A stretch of DNA of 64,000 nucleotides from Gammaproteobacteria bacterium. Lineage in GTDB: Bacteria; Pseudomonadota; Gammaproteobacteria; JBCCGL01. Shown here piece after piece: positions 1-10,939 of the stretch; positions within the stretch are counted from its first letter, which is position 1; the number at the start of each line of letters is the position of its first letter. The DNA lies in the NCBI GenBank assembly GCA_965277715.1, contig OZ255836.1, positions 512,001 through 576,000 on the forward strand, given 5' to 3'. The position numbers and the translations under genes are program-made. Below the pieces are notes generated by a model. The model did not search any database, had not been told where the DNA came from, and was given only the letters and a program-made list of their open reading frames with translations.

Positions 1-519
1 GTTCATTTTAGCCAACACCTGAATAAGGCGGTGGATCAGGTCCGTCGTGACGAACATAGAGACCTTTTGTCACAAGGTGATACCCGGTTGAAAAAGAGTC
101 GTTATCACTGGTTAAAAAACGAAGAAAATTTGTCTGACAAAGCAGCCGAGCACTTTGAGTCACTCAAGCATGATCAGTTATTGACAGCCCGAGCTTGGGC
201 GATAAAAGAACTGTTTCGTGATTTCTGGATGTATAAGACAGCGGGTTGGGCAAAGCGTTTCTTTGACGAGTGGTATTCATGGGCAAGTCGGTGCCGATTG
301 GACAGCATAAAGAAAGTGGCCAAGATGATAAAAACGCACATGCCGAACATATTGACATGGTTTAAGCACATAATAAGTAATGCCGTGTCAGAGGGTTTGA
401 ATTCAAAAATTCAGACAGTCAAATCGAATGCAAGAGGGTTTCGTTCGTTTGAAAGTTACCGGCGGAGTATTTTGTTTTACTGCGGAAAGCTGGATAGGGA
501 ACCGGTGGCTTCACAATAA
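1..519 (+). CDS. ISL3-family transposase, C-terminal part (frame open from base 1)
   Basis: HFSQHLNKAVDQVRR, TARAWAIKE and SNAVSEGLNSKIQTVKSNARGFRSF motifs of ISL3 DDE transposases. Confidence 0.9.
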   Translation, partial: VHFSQHLNKAVDQVRRDEHRDLLSQGDTRLKKSRYHWLKNEENLSDKAAEHFESLKHDQLLTARAWAIKELFRDFWMYKTAGWAKRFFDEWYSWASRCRLDSIKKVAKMIKTHMPNILTWFKHIISNAVSEGLNSKIQTVKSNARGFRSFESYRRSILFYCGKLDREPVASQ

Positions 520-532
520 TCGGGGAAGAACC
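1..532 (+). mobile_element. ISL3-family insertion sequence, right part (runs off window start)
   Basis: Transposase C-terminus followed by a terminal ...GGGGAAGAACC at 532, the typical ISL3 end (reverse complement GGTTCTTC); it abuts and truncates the IS4 transposase. Confidence 0.85.
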
Positions 533-1176
533 TCTAAAAGTCTTAGCTCATGACTTTTTTTGTTTCCCAGTGCATAGCTCAGAATTAAGCCGCTGTAAAG
601 ATTAAAACAAGCTAAAAGCCGTGCTTGAGGAAATCCGCATCCCTGTGTTTGTGATTTCGGTTGTGGGTAAGTTTGTTGATTCGCGGGCGTATCGGGCATG
701 GATAGGCCCGTGCCATCGGCAACGATAACCGGTCGGCCTTGGAGCGCTTTGGGTTGAGGTGGCGATAATCGACACATCCCTGAAAATAGATTTTTAAGAT
801 CGTCCATGGGTAGTTTTCTACGTGCTTGGCAGTAGGCGGAGGTGGATGATGAAGGTATGGGAATGCCTTGGTTGTGGGCGACATTTTGCAGTTGTCTAAC
901 GACTTCTTTACAGCCACCATCGGCGTTCATTATTTGTGAAAAAAACAACCAGAAAGTATTTTCTTTACTGAAAATACGTCGACGACTATTCACACCACAA
1001 TCATTCGGTTTAAGAATATTCGTGGGTATGATATCGCCAAGAAAAACAGATAGTTCACTCAGTGATTTGTGACGTATTTTTGCTATCTTATCGTGCAAGA
1101 TTTGAATGGCTGAACGGGGTGTTTTGCGGAGTGTTTGGATGTTAAATTCGGGTAGAAATAAGGTTGTATTTTTCAT
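533..1176 (-). pseudogene. IS4-family transposase, N-terminal part, disrupted
   Basis: RRRIFSKENTFWLF, SAYCQARRKLP and VADGTGLSMPDTPANQ..YPQP...GCGFP motifs; the frame runs into the ISL3 end. Confidence 0.85.
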
Positions 1177-1271
1177 ACAAAATTATAACACTTCAACCTG
1201 TTTTCTTGGGTTTATTACAGTTATTTTTTCGTTTATTTTACCCGCTAAAACCGCTTAACTTAGTGCCATTG
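533..1271 (-). mobile_element. IS4-family insertion sequence, left part, interrupted by ISL3
   Basis: Terminus CAATGGCACTAAGTTAAG (minus strand, from 1271) upstream of a transposase ORF that is cut at 533. Confidence 0.8.
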
Positions 1272-1272
1272 G

Positions 1273-1560
1273 GAACTGATCCAGAATACCCTAGATAGCT
1301 ACCAGGAAGAAAAGCGTATACCAGCGAGTGTTCTTCATGCAGAAGGAAAGGCAGAGCATGGAGATTACTACCGAACACCGGGCTATTACTTGCGCTTATA
1401 CCGCCAACGTTTAGACATGCCACAAGTGTTGTTATCAAAAGCATCAGGAATTCCTCAGCGCCATGTGTCTGAAATGGAAAATAATAAACGGGCATTGGGA
1501 AAAGCGGCAGCGAAAAAGCTGGCGGCGATCTTGAAGATTGATTATCGAAAGTTGTTGTAA
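1273..1560 (+). pseudogene. XRE/HigA-like HTH protein, 5' end removed by the IS4 insertion (not in ORF track)
   Basis: Open frame without a start codon: ...TPGYYLRLYRQRLDMPQVLLSKASGIPQRHVSEMENNKRALGKAAAKKLAAILKIDYRKLL*, a typical cro/C1-type HTH. Confidence 0.75.
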
Positions 1561-1908
1561 AGCCGGACGCGCTGCGCAGTAGCGGACAAAGTGGTAGTCA
1601 GCCCGCCGGTCACGGTGCTTGCATCGCCAGGCAAGTATGGCCATCCGTGGCCGGTTCCGTTCAGTTCTTGTTTTCTTTTTTACACGCTCGGCTCCTCGGC
1701 TTTAGCTTCCTGCGTCGCTCTACCTCCCCCATCCATGGGGTCGTGCGCTCGATGCACGGGAAAGGCAGCCCCAGGAACCCCTCCGGGATTAGCAGGAGAA
1801 AAAGATAAACAATCTACACCACACCATCCAAAAGATCATAGATGTAGCAAACGAGTTACAGCCAGAGGTAAAACGGGCGCGAGTACGGGGGAGATAATTG
1901 CAGCAGCG

Positions 1909-3036
1909 TTAGCGAATTTGTGTACCTGCGACCTGCTTGGGAAAATAATCCTGGCAAGCCCCTTCACGCAACACATCGGCCGTCGCGCAATGTATACCAC
2001 CGCCAAATGGGTAGGCATCGCGAAATTCAATGGGAATCACTTCCATACCCAGCTTGTCCATCTGCTCGCACTGGTGCACTTCGCTGGCTTCGACAATCAC
2101 GGTTTTGTGGTCGATAACCAAACAATTCATCGACAGCCAAACACTGGAATAACACAAAGGTGGCGGTGAATCGTTCGCTGGTTGTGCGGCGTCGATGATC
2201 TCCCAATCGTTGGCGGCAAAGATCTTGCGTTGTGTCTCGGGCAGGCGGCGATTGGGGTTGTTGATAATTAACCCAGGGCGTAGCGGTACAAACGTCGCAT
2301 CAATATGGATGGGGTAGGGGTCACCCGGAAAGTTGACAGCGTGTACTCGGTGGTCTGAATAATGGCGTTGCAACCACTCCATCGCCCGTCGATTGGTCGT
2401 CAGGCCGTGCTGGCAAAACAAATCCTTGCCGATACGGCAGACATCGGCGGCGTCAAACAAAGGCTCGTGCTCGTTGGTGACGAAATCGAGTGCGGCGGTG
2501 CGCGCCAGCCTGTCTTCAATGGTTATTTCATCGAAATAACCTGTCTTATATGAGCGGTCAGTGAGCCGTGGACGGGGAGCCTGTTCCCAGCGGAAGTTAG
2601 GGTCTTCATCAAAATACTGTTGCATTAGTGGTTCGTAGGCGAGGTACTCCCAAAAACGGCAGCGAAATGACATCGGTGCCATCAGAATCTCACTGCCGAT
2701 TGTCAGTAATACATCGCGTGGGGGCATGCAACCAAACTGTGTGCCTGTACTAAAATCTGGCGTGATAACCGATTGATTCCACTGTATCGGTGTTGGGCGA
2801 TCAACGCGAATGCCTCTGGCTTCGAGGATACGCGCCAGGTTATCGAGCTGCACATTGGCTTTTTCCACCGTTTCCAGTGGCCGTGGCCCCCACATGCCGC
2901 GCATATCACTGTCTTCCGGTACTTTAGCCTCAGTGGCAGGTTCGTTGGGGGGAATACACGTGTGGTCGGCCCGACCTACAATAGCGTGCTTGAGTGGGTC
3001 AAAATCATTCCACGAATTGACGGTTGTTATTGGCAT
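1909..3036 (-). CDS. Amidinotransferase (glycine/inosamine-phosphate amidinotransferase family)
   Basis: VNSWNDFDPLK..IVG, PRDVLLTIG, FDAAD, HIDATFVPLRPG and GGGIHC (catalytic Asp/His/Cys). Confidence 0.9.
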   Translation of the reverse strand: MPITTVNSWNDFDPLKHAIVGRADHTCIPPNEPATEAKVPEDSDMRGMWGPRPLETVEKANVQLDNLARILEARGIRVDRPTPIQWNQSVITPDFSTGTQFGCMPPRDVLLTIGSEILMAPMSFRCRFWEYLAYEPLMQQYFDEDPNFRWEQAPRPRLTDRSYKTGYFDEITIEDRLARTAALDFVTNEHEPLFDAADVCRIGKDLFCQHGLTTNRRAMEWLQRHYSDHRVHAVNFPGDPYPIHIDATFVPLRPGLIINNPNRRLPETQRKIFAANDWEIIDAAQPANDSPPPLCYSSVWLSMNCLVIDHKTVIVEASEVHQCEQMDKLGMEVIPIEFRDAYPFGGGIHCATADVLREGACQDYFPKQVAGTQIR

Positions 3037-3131
3037 GGTAGTGGTTCCGTATGGATGGTGTGGTTGTTATGAAGCATTCGGGTTAAAACCGGCGATTATA
3101 AGCAAGCAGTGTGTGTGGGCAAATTTAATTG

Positions 3132-3674
3132 TCAAGTGGTGTTGGTAGGCGAATCGACTACCGTGTTTCCCGACACCCTCTTTAAGTATTGGAAGAGTGC
3201 CCGTGCTGACTTTGGGGGTGATTGCCTGCTCTGTTCGCGGTGTGTATTGCGCACCAGTTGCCTGATTGTCTGACGCTCGGCGTGCGGCCATTGTGCCAAT
3301 AATTCGGTGAGTGCGTTGTCGCCTTCATCGATCAGCCGCTCGCGCCACTGTTCGAGTTGTTTGTGGTGTTTTCGGCTGATTTCTGCGTGATCTTCGATTG
3401 CCTGTAACTGGGTATAGATACCATCGATATCCGTATTGCGCATCAGCTTCCCAAGGTAGTGAATCTGCCGTTTGCGACCAATATGTGCGTTGATACTCCT
3501 CGCCAGTACAGCCGCTTCACGTATCGGCTCGGGAAGCGTAAGGCTTTTGAATAACTTATCGCCTAAAGTGACCAGGGTTTTGGCCAGGTCGAGCACCCGT
3601 TGAGCATCACGCTTACGCTGGCTCTTGCTGACGATCGTATCGTCTTCGTGCGTGTTGTCGCTTTGTTCGCTCAT
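3132..3674 (-). CDS. darP: Ribosome biogenesis factor DarP (YjgA)
   Basis: SKSQRKRDA, RKRQIHYLGKLMR, LEQWRERLI and ARALFQYL; divergent from pmbA as usual. Confidence 0.92.
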   Translation of the reverse strand: MSEQSDNTHEDDTIVSKSQRKRDAQRVLDLAKTLVTLGDKLFKSLTLPEPIREAAVLARSINAHIGRKRQIHYLGKLMRNTDIDGIYTQLQAIEDHAEISRKHHKQLEQWRERLIDEGDNALTELLAQWPHAERQTIRQLVRNTHREQSRQSPPKSARALFQYLKRVSGNTVVDSPTNTT

Positions 3675-3835
3675 GTTGTCTCAGTTGGGTGGTAGTATGC
3701 TGATTAGGATTATATCCTTTCGTTAATTGTGGCTGCATACTGGCATGGCTACAATTTATATTTCTTATCATACTAGAGGGTGCCGGAAAGCACGGTTATT
3801 TTCCGGCATCATCATAACGGGTGCTAACTTACGCA

Positions 3836-5188
3836 ATGTCTATTAATACCGCCTCCAGCAAACCTCAGCTGAACGATGTAGAGCTTGAAACACTTTGTCA
3901 ACTTGCACTGGATGAGGCAAAAAGCCTGGGTGCAACGCAGGCCGATGTTGACGTTAGCCAAGAATCCGGACTAAGCGTCAGTGTGCGTTTGGGTGAGGTC
4001 GAAACCATCGAGCACAACCGTGATAAAGGGCTGGGTGTCACTGTTTACTTTGGCCAGCACAAGGGTTCATCGAATACCACCGACTTTAGCGAAGCGGCGG
4101 TTCGCCAATCGGTTCAGGCGGCCTGTTCGATTGCAAAATACACCACAGAAGACGCATGCGCGGGCCTGGCCGATGCGGAATTGATGGCAACAGAAATACC
4201 CGATCTCGACTTATTACACCCCTGGGATACCAACGCTGAACAAATGATCGAGATGGCAGCGGAGTGCGAGCAGGCTGCACGCGATTACGATGCAAAAATC
4301 AGCAACTCGGATGGCGCCACTATTTCAACGCATTCGGGTGTCAGTGTGTACGCTAATACACACGGGTTTTTTGGGCGTGTCGATAGCTCCCGACACAGTA
4401 ATAGCTGCTCAGTCATAGGTGGCGAGGGTGACGCTATGCAGCGCGACTACTGGTACAGCGCAGCACGCAATGCACAAAACCTGGAGAGCGCGGCATCGGT
4501 TGGCCAGCAGGCCGCTGAGCGCACATTGCGCCGCCTCGGTGCCAGAAGTATCAACACAGGTGTCTACCCTGTGCTGTATTCACCGGAAATGGCGCGGAGC
4601 CTGCTGGGTTCATTTTCCAGCGCGATCAGTGGTGGCTCCCTATACCGTAAGACGACATTTTTACTCGATAAACTCGGCGAACCCGTTTTTTCGCCACTGG
4701 TTAACATTGATGAACAACCACTGCTTATCGGTGAACTGGGCAGCTCGCCGTTCGATGGCGAGGGCGTTGCGCGCCAAAACCGCCATATCGTGCAGGATGG
4801 CGTATTACAGGGGCACTTTTTGAGCAGTTATTCGGCGCGCAAACTCGGCGTGCAAACGACAGGTAATGCCGGTGGTGCACGCAATCTGGTGTTACAACCT
4901 GGCGCCTACACTCTAGAGCAACTACTCGAACAAATGGGCAGCGGGTTTTTAGTGACTGAAATGATGGGGTCAGGGGTCAACCTGACAACGGGTGATTACT
5001 CACGCGGTGCAGCGGGTTTCTGGGTTGAAAAGGGTGAAATTGCCTACCCTGTCGAAGAGGTAACGGTGGCGGGTAATTTGCGCGAAATGTTTCTAAATAT
5101 TCGCGCACTGGGTAATGATGTTGATAAGTGCGGCAATATACATACGGGGTCATTGTTAATTGAACAACTGACCGTTGCCGGGGGGTAA
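3836..5188 (+). CDS. pmbA: Metalloprotease PmbA (TldE)
   Basis: SVRLGEVETIEHNRDKG, MQRDYWY, PFDGEG, TGNAGG and TGDYSRGAAGFWVE; ATG at 3836 chosen as start. Confidence 0.93.
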   Translation: MSINTASSKPQLNDVELETLCQLALDEAKSLGATQADVDVSQESGLSVSVRLGEVETIEHNRDKGLGVTVYFGQHKGSSNTTDFSEAAVRQSVQAACSIAKYTTEDACAGLADAELMATEIPDLDLLHPWDTNAEQMIEMAAECEQAARDYDAKISNSDGATISTHSGVSVYANTHGFFGRVDSSRHSNSCSVIGGEGDAMQRDYWYSAARNAQNLESAASVGQQAAERTLRRLGARSINTGVYPVLYSPEMARSLLGSFSSAISGGSLYRKTTFLLDKLGEPVFSPLVNIDEQPLLIGELGSSPFDGEGVARQNRHIVQDGVLQGHFLSSYSARKLGVQTTGNAGGARNLVLQPGAYTLEQLLEQMGSGFLVTEMMGSGVNLTTGDYSRGAAGFWVEKGEIAYPVEEVTVAGNLREMFLNIRALGNDVDKCGNIHTGSLLIEQLTVAGG

Positions 5189-5203
5189 GTTGCTCTACGC
5201 TCC

Positions 5204-5515
5204 TTACTTACTGCCCTGTAGGCAGGGCGGTGACTGAGCAACCTTGCCATTGCGCGCCTCCCATTCGCTGGGTGTTGTCGTGTGTAACGAGAGCGCGTGT
5301 ACCCCGCTGTTTAATTCGTCAGCCAACAGGTTGTTTATACTGCGATGCCTGGCGATAAGTGCCTTCCCCTGAAACTGCGCTGACACAACGATCACTTTAA
5401 AGTGCGATTCAGACCCTGGTGGTACATTATGCTTATGGCTTTCATTCACCACCTCCAGGTGAATGGGGGATAAAGCATGGCTGAGTTTTGAATAAATTGT
5501 GTCTTGGGTGGTCAT
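5204..5515 (-). CDS. bolA: BolA family protein
   Basis: NESHKHNVPPGSESHFKV, RHR, GVHALSLHT and SPPC; probable ATG at 5515. Confidence 0.92.
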   Translation of the reverse strand: MTTQDTIYSKLSHALSPIHLEVVNESHKHNVPPGSESHFKVIVVSAQFQGKALIARHRSINNLLADELNSGVHALSLHTTTPSEWEARNGKVAQSPPCLQGSK

Positions 5516-5636
5516 TTGTCGATATTTTGGCCTTGAGCGATGGTAAATTATCCGCCTTAATGAAACCAAATGCCAACAGGATAAGCGCAATACCCTTAAT
5601 CCCTGTGCTTTTTACCTGTCTACAAAGAAATAACCT

Positions 5637-6416
5637 ATGTGTCTGATTCTACTGGCATACCGCGTTCATCCTGAATTTCCACTTATCGTGGTGGCTAACC
5701 GTGATGAATTTTATGCACGCCCTACGGCGGTTGCGTCTATCTGGCCAGAGCCAGGTGGCATATTGGCTGGCCGGGATTTGCAAGCCCAAGGCACCTGGCT
5801 AGGCGTGACTGGCTCTGGAAAATTTGCCGCAATCACTAACTACCGCAGTGACGAGAAACCAGTAGCGACCGGCACATCCCGTGGCGACCTGGTGGCCGGG
5901 TATCTGCGCAGCAGTAAAAATGCACAGTGCTGGTCATCAGAACTGATTGATAGTTCTGACGAATATCAGGGGTATAACCTGCTGACATTTGATGGTGAGC
6001 ACTTGGTTTACGCCTCAAATAGAGGCAGTGAACGCCTGCAGTCACTAACGCCAGGTATTCATGGGCTCAGTAACAAACACCTAAACACCCCTTGGCCAAA
6101 GGTTAGGCAAGGTTGCGAGGCTTTGCAGTCATTAGTAAATGAGGATGCCGTTTCAACCGGGCAGCTAATCGACTTGATGGCAGATAACCAACAAGCGCCC
6201 GACAATCAATTGCCAGACACGGGCGTATCCCTGCAATGGGAACGGTTGTTATCTTCAACGTTCATTCACTCAGAATACTACGGCACGCGCTGCACCACTG
6301 TGGTCAAGTTCTCGGTTGAAAAAAACATTGAATTTATTGAGCGAACCTACCGTGACGATGGCAGGCAACTTATTACCAATCAGTTCCAGTTTAAAATCAG
6401 TCCCTGTTTAGTATGA
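5637..6416 (+). CDS. NRDE/TANGO2 family protein
   Basis: MCLI start, ANRDEFYARP, GTWLG, SRG, PWPKV and YGTR motifs. Confidence 0.92.
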   Translation: MCLILLAYRVHPEFPLIVVANRDEFYARPTAVASIWPEPGGILAGRDLQAQGTWLGVTGSGKFAAITNYRSDEKPVATGTSRGDLVAGYLRSSKNAQCWSSELIDSSDEYQGYNLLTFDGEHLVYASNRGSERLQSLTPGIHGLSNKHLNTPWPKVRQGCEALQSLVNEDAVSTGQLIDLMADNQQAPDNQLPDTGVSLQWERLLSSTFIHSEYYGTRCTTVVKFSVEKNIEFIERTYRDDGRQLITNQFQFKISPCLV

Positions 6417-6424
6417 ATGATAAA

Positions 6425-7900
6425 TCAACGTAATGTGCCGTGGCACTGTTTGAATTTTTTGCCTGAGTTACAGGGGCAGGGTGCGTTGCGACTAACGATT
6501 TTGCCATCGTAGGTAGGCGAGGCAGCACCGGGTTCTATCTTTGTTTCGGCAATAGGGTTTTTATCTTCGGGGCGCACAGTAGCGTTTGGTACCCAGTCGA
6601 TAATAAGGTGGATGCGTTCTTCATCACTCTGGTTTTCTACTGAATGTATGGTCGCGTTATTAATTTCCCATACCTCGCCTGTGCGCATTACTTTTTCTTC
6701 ACCGCCTACCATAAACATATTCTTGTCATTCGTTATGATAGGTATATGAATACGGTGGCAGTTCAATAAGGAATAGAGCCCATCAGTGTGTACGGGTATT
6801 TTTCCATTGCCAAACAACTTTGCGAAAATTATTCTTACTACAAACCCATCGTGCTTGTAGTAGTCATTGATTCGATCAATCAAGGGCTTTAAAACTGTCT
6901 CAAACTGGGTGTAAATATCGTGATAAGTCGGGTTGAAATGACGAAAGTCTTCATCGTATATCAACATCAATGCCTGGGTTTGCTTATGCACTTCATAGCG
7001 ATTCTCGCGCCCGGATAGCTTCCATGCACTCTCTGGAATTTTAGCGAGTTGGTTTTTAATAGGCTCTACATCAAAATCAGTATGCAACAATAAATAATTG
7101 CTTTGTTTTCCCAACAACTTTTGAAACGGGTTAGAACCTTGATGCATTTGTGGGTTTGAAAGCGCGATGGTTTTTTCCGGGGCGTCACTACTTTCAAATG
7201 TATAATCAAATTTATGGATTAGCGCCGCTTCTTTTTCAGCGATAAGTTCGCGCAGTTCATCATTGTAGTAGCATGAATAATGGCTGTGATGGGACGCGTT
7301 TATTCGGTGCCTATTGCCAAATTCAGATTGAATTGCATCGATTTGCTTGACAGAGAGTTGCCGCATAATAGACAGAAAATCTTCTTCCAAGTGCTCGAAC
7401 CGGCCAATAAACAGTGATGCACCATCAAAGCCGCCATGCATACGTTTAAATAACCACGAGTAATAGCCCGTGTTATCGTCGTTAAAATTCCGCACACAAT
7501 TTTTTGATAAACCTAGCCCCTGGTTACCTTGTAAAGAGTCGGGTAGTATCGAAACAAGCGCTTTTCTGTGATTTTGGCTTTTTTGCGTATCTGAGCCCAA
7601 ATTTACCAGGTTTTTTATCGTCGTTTTAAAATCAGCCTGACAGCCATCTGAAAGAATAAAAAATAAAGGGTTGCCAGCATTAGGCCGGATATTGAAAGCG
7701 TACCAGGATATATACCAGTCCCAGGGGTTACGAACGATACCGACCAGAGGTAAATCTGCACACTCAGGTGGGAGGAGATGACAGGGGTAATGGTAACCAA
7801 TAGGGCGATAGCCTGGAATGCACCGTTCAATAATATGGTTTAGTGTCTGGCCACCTGTTTTGTGCATATGAATGAACACAAACTGCTCAGTGGTTATCAT
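6425..7900 (-). CDS. Fusion of sulfotransferase-2-like domain, Asp/Asn beta-hydroxylase (2OG-Fe(II)) domain and SEC-C motif
   Basis: FIHMHKTGG and VRNPWDWYISWY (PAPS-binding motifs); IPVHTD..HRIHIPI..GEVWEINN..HSVEN..RIHLIID; C-terminal RNAPCPCNSGKKFKQCHG. Confidence 0.8.
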   Translation of the reverse strand: MITTEQFVFIHMHKTGGQTLNHIIERCIPGYRPIGYHYPCHLLPPECADLPLVGIVRNPWDWYISWYAFNIRPNAGNPLFFILSDGCQADFKTTIKNLVNLGSDTQKSQNHRKALVSILPDSLQGNQGLGLSKNCVRNFNDDNTGYYSWLFKRMHGGFDGASLFIGRFEHLEEDFLSIMRQLSVKQIDAIQSEFGNRHRINASHHSHYSCYYNDELRELIAEKEAALIHKFDYTFESSDAPEKTIALSNPQMHQGSNPFQKLLGKQSNYLLLHTDFDVEPIKNQLAKIPESAWKLSGRENRYEVHKQTQALMLIYDEDFRHFNPTYHDIYTQFETVLKPLIDRINDYYKHDGFVVRIIFAKLFGNGKIPVHTDGLYSLLNCHRIHIPIITNDKNMFMVGGEEKVMRTGEVWEINNATIHSVENQSDEERIHLIIDWVPNATVRPEDKNPIAETKIEPGAASPTYDGKIVSRNAPCPCNSGKKFKQCHGTLR

Positions 7901-8038
7901 CGATTCACTCCTGCGCACGCTGGAAAAAAATGACGATTATCATACGTTTTTCTCAAGTGTCTGCAAGCTGAACAACGCAGCGTTGAGGATGTGTTGGTTG
8001 CTTATTCTTGGTGGTAATTAGGGGTTCTTAATAATATT

Positions 8039-8869
8039 TCACTCCAGAAAGGGAGCCATCTGCATACTGTCGGCGATTGGTGCACCAATGCGCTGTAATA
8101 CAGTGGGGGCTATTTGTAATTGATCCAGTACCTGCGAGGTATCCGGCCCGCTGGCATCGCCGAAATAATACAGTGGCACCTCGCGCATGACTGCTTCGGT
8201 GCCGCCGTGGTGGCCGCGATCAGTTTGCCCGTGGTCGGCGGTAATCATTACTTCGTAGCCGTTGTTGCGCCAGCGGGGCAGGTAGCGCGCCAGTGCAGCG
8301 TCGACGGTGTAGGTGTTCTTGTCCATTTGGATCGATTGCTGCCCGTAGCGGTGACCAACACTGTCGGTCGAGCTGATGTGGTTCAAGATGTAATGCGGCG
8401 TGAAGCGCTCGGCTAACAGGGTGGTCTGGGCAAATAAGTCATAGTCTGAGGGCACGGCCAGGTTGCCGCTGCTCTCACCCAGCATTGAATAAAACCGGGC
8501 GTGCTGAATGGGCATATTTTCGTCGTCGATTTCCATATCGCGCACTGTGTCGTAAGGTGCGCGTTGAAAGTAAGTGGAAAAAAATGAATGGGCAACCGCG
8601 CCAGTACCACGTTGTGCCTGACGTGCCTGGGAAAAAATATCCGCCTGCGTTACGTTGATTAGATGGTCATTGCTCAGGACACCGTGCTGCTGAGGTGCCA
8701 CGCCAGTGTGAATGCTGGCGTAGCAAGGGCCAGAGGTGGTCGGTAGCACCGCTAACATTTTCCACACCTGTGCGTCGCCACGGGCAACCCAGCCCTCGAT
8801 ATTGCCCAGTAGCCTGCGCGCCTGTGCGTAGCCCAGCCCATCGAGAATGACTAAAACCAGTTTGCCCAT
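8039..8869 (-). CDS. Alkaline phosphatase superfamily protein (nucleotide pyrophosphatase/phosphodiesterase-like)
   Basis: LVILDGLG, LPTTSGP, DSVGHRYG and ITADHG metal-binding motifs. Confidence 0.85.
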   Translation of the reverse strand: MGKLVLVILDGLGYAQARRLLGNIEGWVARGDAQVWKMLAVLPTTSGPCYASIHTGVAPQQHGVLSNDHLINVTQADIFSQARQAQRGTGAVAHSFFSTYFQRAPYDTVRDMEIDDENMPIQHARFYSMLGESSGNLAVPSDYDLFAQTTLLAERFTPHYILNHISSTDSVGHRYGQQSIQMDKNTYTVDAALARYLPRWRNNGYEVMITADHGQTDRGHHGGTEAVMREVPLYYFGDASGPDTSQVLDQLQIAPTVLQRIGAPIADSMQMAPFLE

Positions 8870-8956
8870 TACAACACCTACTCTCGTTAATGATTAATTC
8901 AGGATAAGGCGTGTGAGTGATTTACTCTCGCCCGCCACAACGTATATCATAAGTGA

Positions 8957-10255
<1,299 letters not shown>

Positions 10256-10259
10256 TTGA

Positions 10260-10913
10260 ATGAATAATCTGACCCTCGCCCTGGCCAAAGGGCGTATCTA
10301 CCAGGAAGTGTTGCCCCTTTTGCGGGCGGCGGGTGTCGTGCCCGTTGAAGACCCTGAAACCAGTCGAAAACTGATAATCGACACTAACCAGAAGGGCGTT
10401 AGGCTGGTGATTGTGCGCACCACCGATGTACCAACCTATGTGCAATACGGCGGTGCAGACCTGGGCGTGGTGGGCAAAGACGTGTTGATGGAGCACGGTG
10501 GTGAGGGGCTTTACGAGCCACTCGATTTAGAGATAGCGCGCTGCCGGTTGATGGTCGCTGGTGCGGCTGATTCCCCCGCTGAAAATGAGGCGCTGTATGC
10601 GCCCGCACGTTTGCGCGTCGCTACAAAATTTGCCAATTGCGCACGCCGCTACTATGCACGGCAAGGCCAACAGGTCGACATCATTAAACTTTATGGTTCA
10701 ATGGAGCTGGCACCGCTGGTGGGCATGGCGGATAAAATCGTCGATGTAGTAGATACCGGCAATACCCTGCGGGCTAATGGCCTGCAACCACAAGCAGTGA
10801 TAGCAGATATCTCCTCGCGCCTGATTGTTAACAAGGCGGCGATGAAAATGAAACACAAAAGGGTGTGCGCCCTGGTGGAAAAGCTGCGTAACGCTGTTAT
10901 CGCACGCCGTTAA
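10260..10913 (+). CDS. hisG: ATP phosphoribosyltransferase (short form)
   Basis: [25 protein letters not shown] and [26 protein letters not shown]; 217 aa. Confidence 0.95.
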   Translation: MNNLTLALAKGRIYQEVLPLLRAAGVVPVEDPETSRKLIIDTNQKGVRLVIVRTTDVPTYVQYGGADLGVVGKDVLMEHGGEGLYEPLDLEIARCRLMVAGAADSPAENEALYAPARLRVATKFANCARRYYARQGQQVDIIKLYGSMELAPLVGMADKIVDVVDTGNTLRANGLQPQAVIADISSRLIVNKAAMKMKHKRVCALVEKLRNAVIARR

Positions 10914-10939
10914 ATGATTAATAAACCCGGAACCAACCC

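Noticed and set aside
1591-2169. 192-aa plus-strand ORF and the many antisense ORFs over housekeeping and transport genes
   Set aside because: They overlap well-supported genes on the other strand or frame and carry no recognisable motifs.
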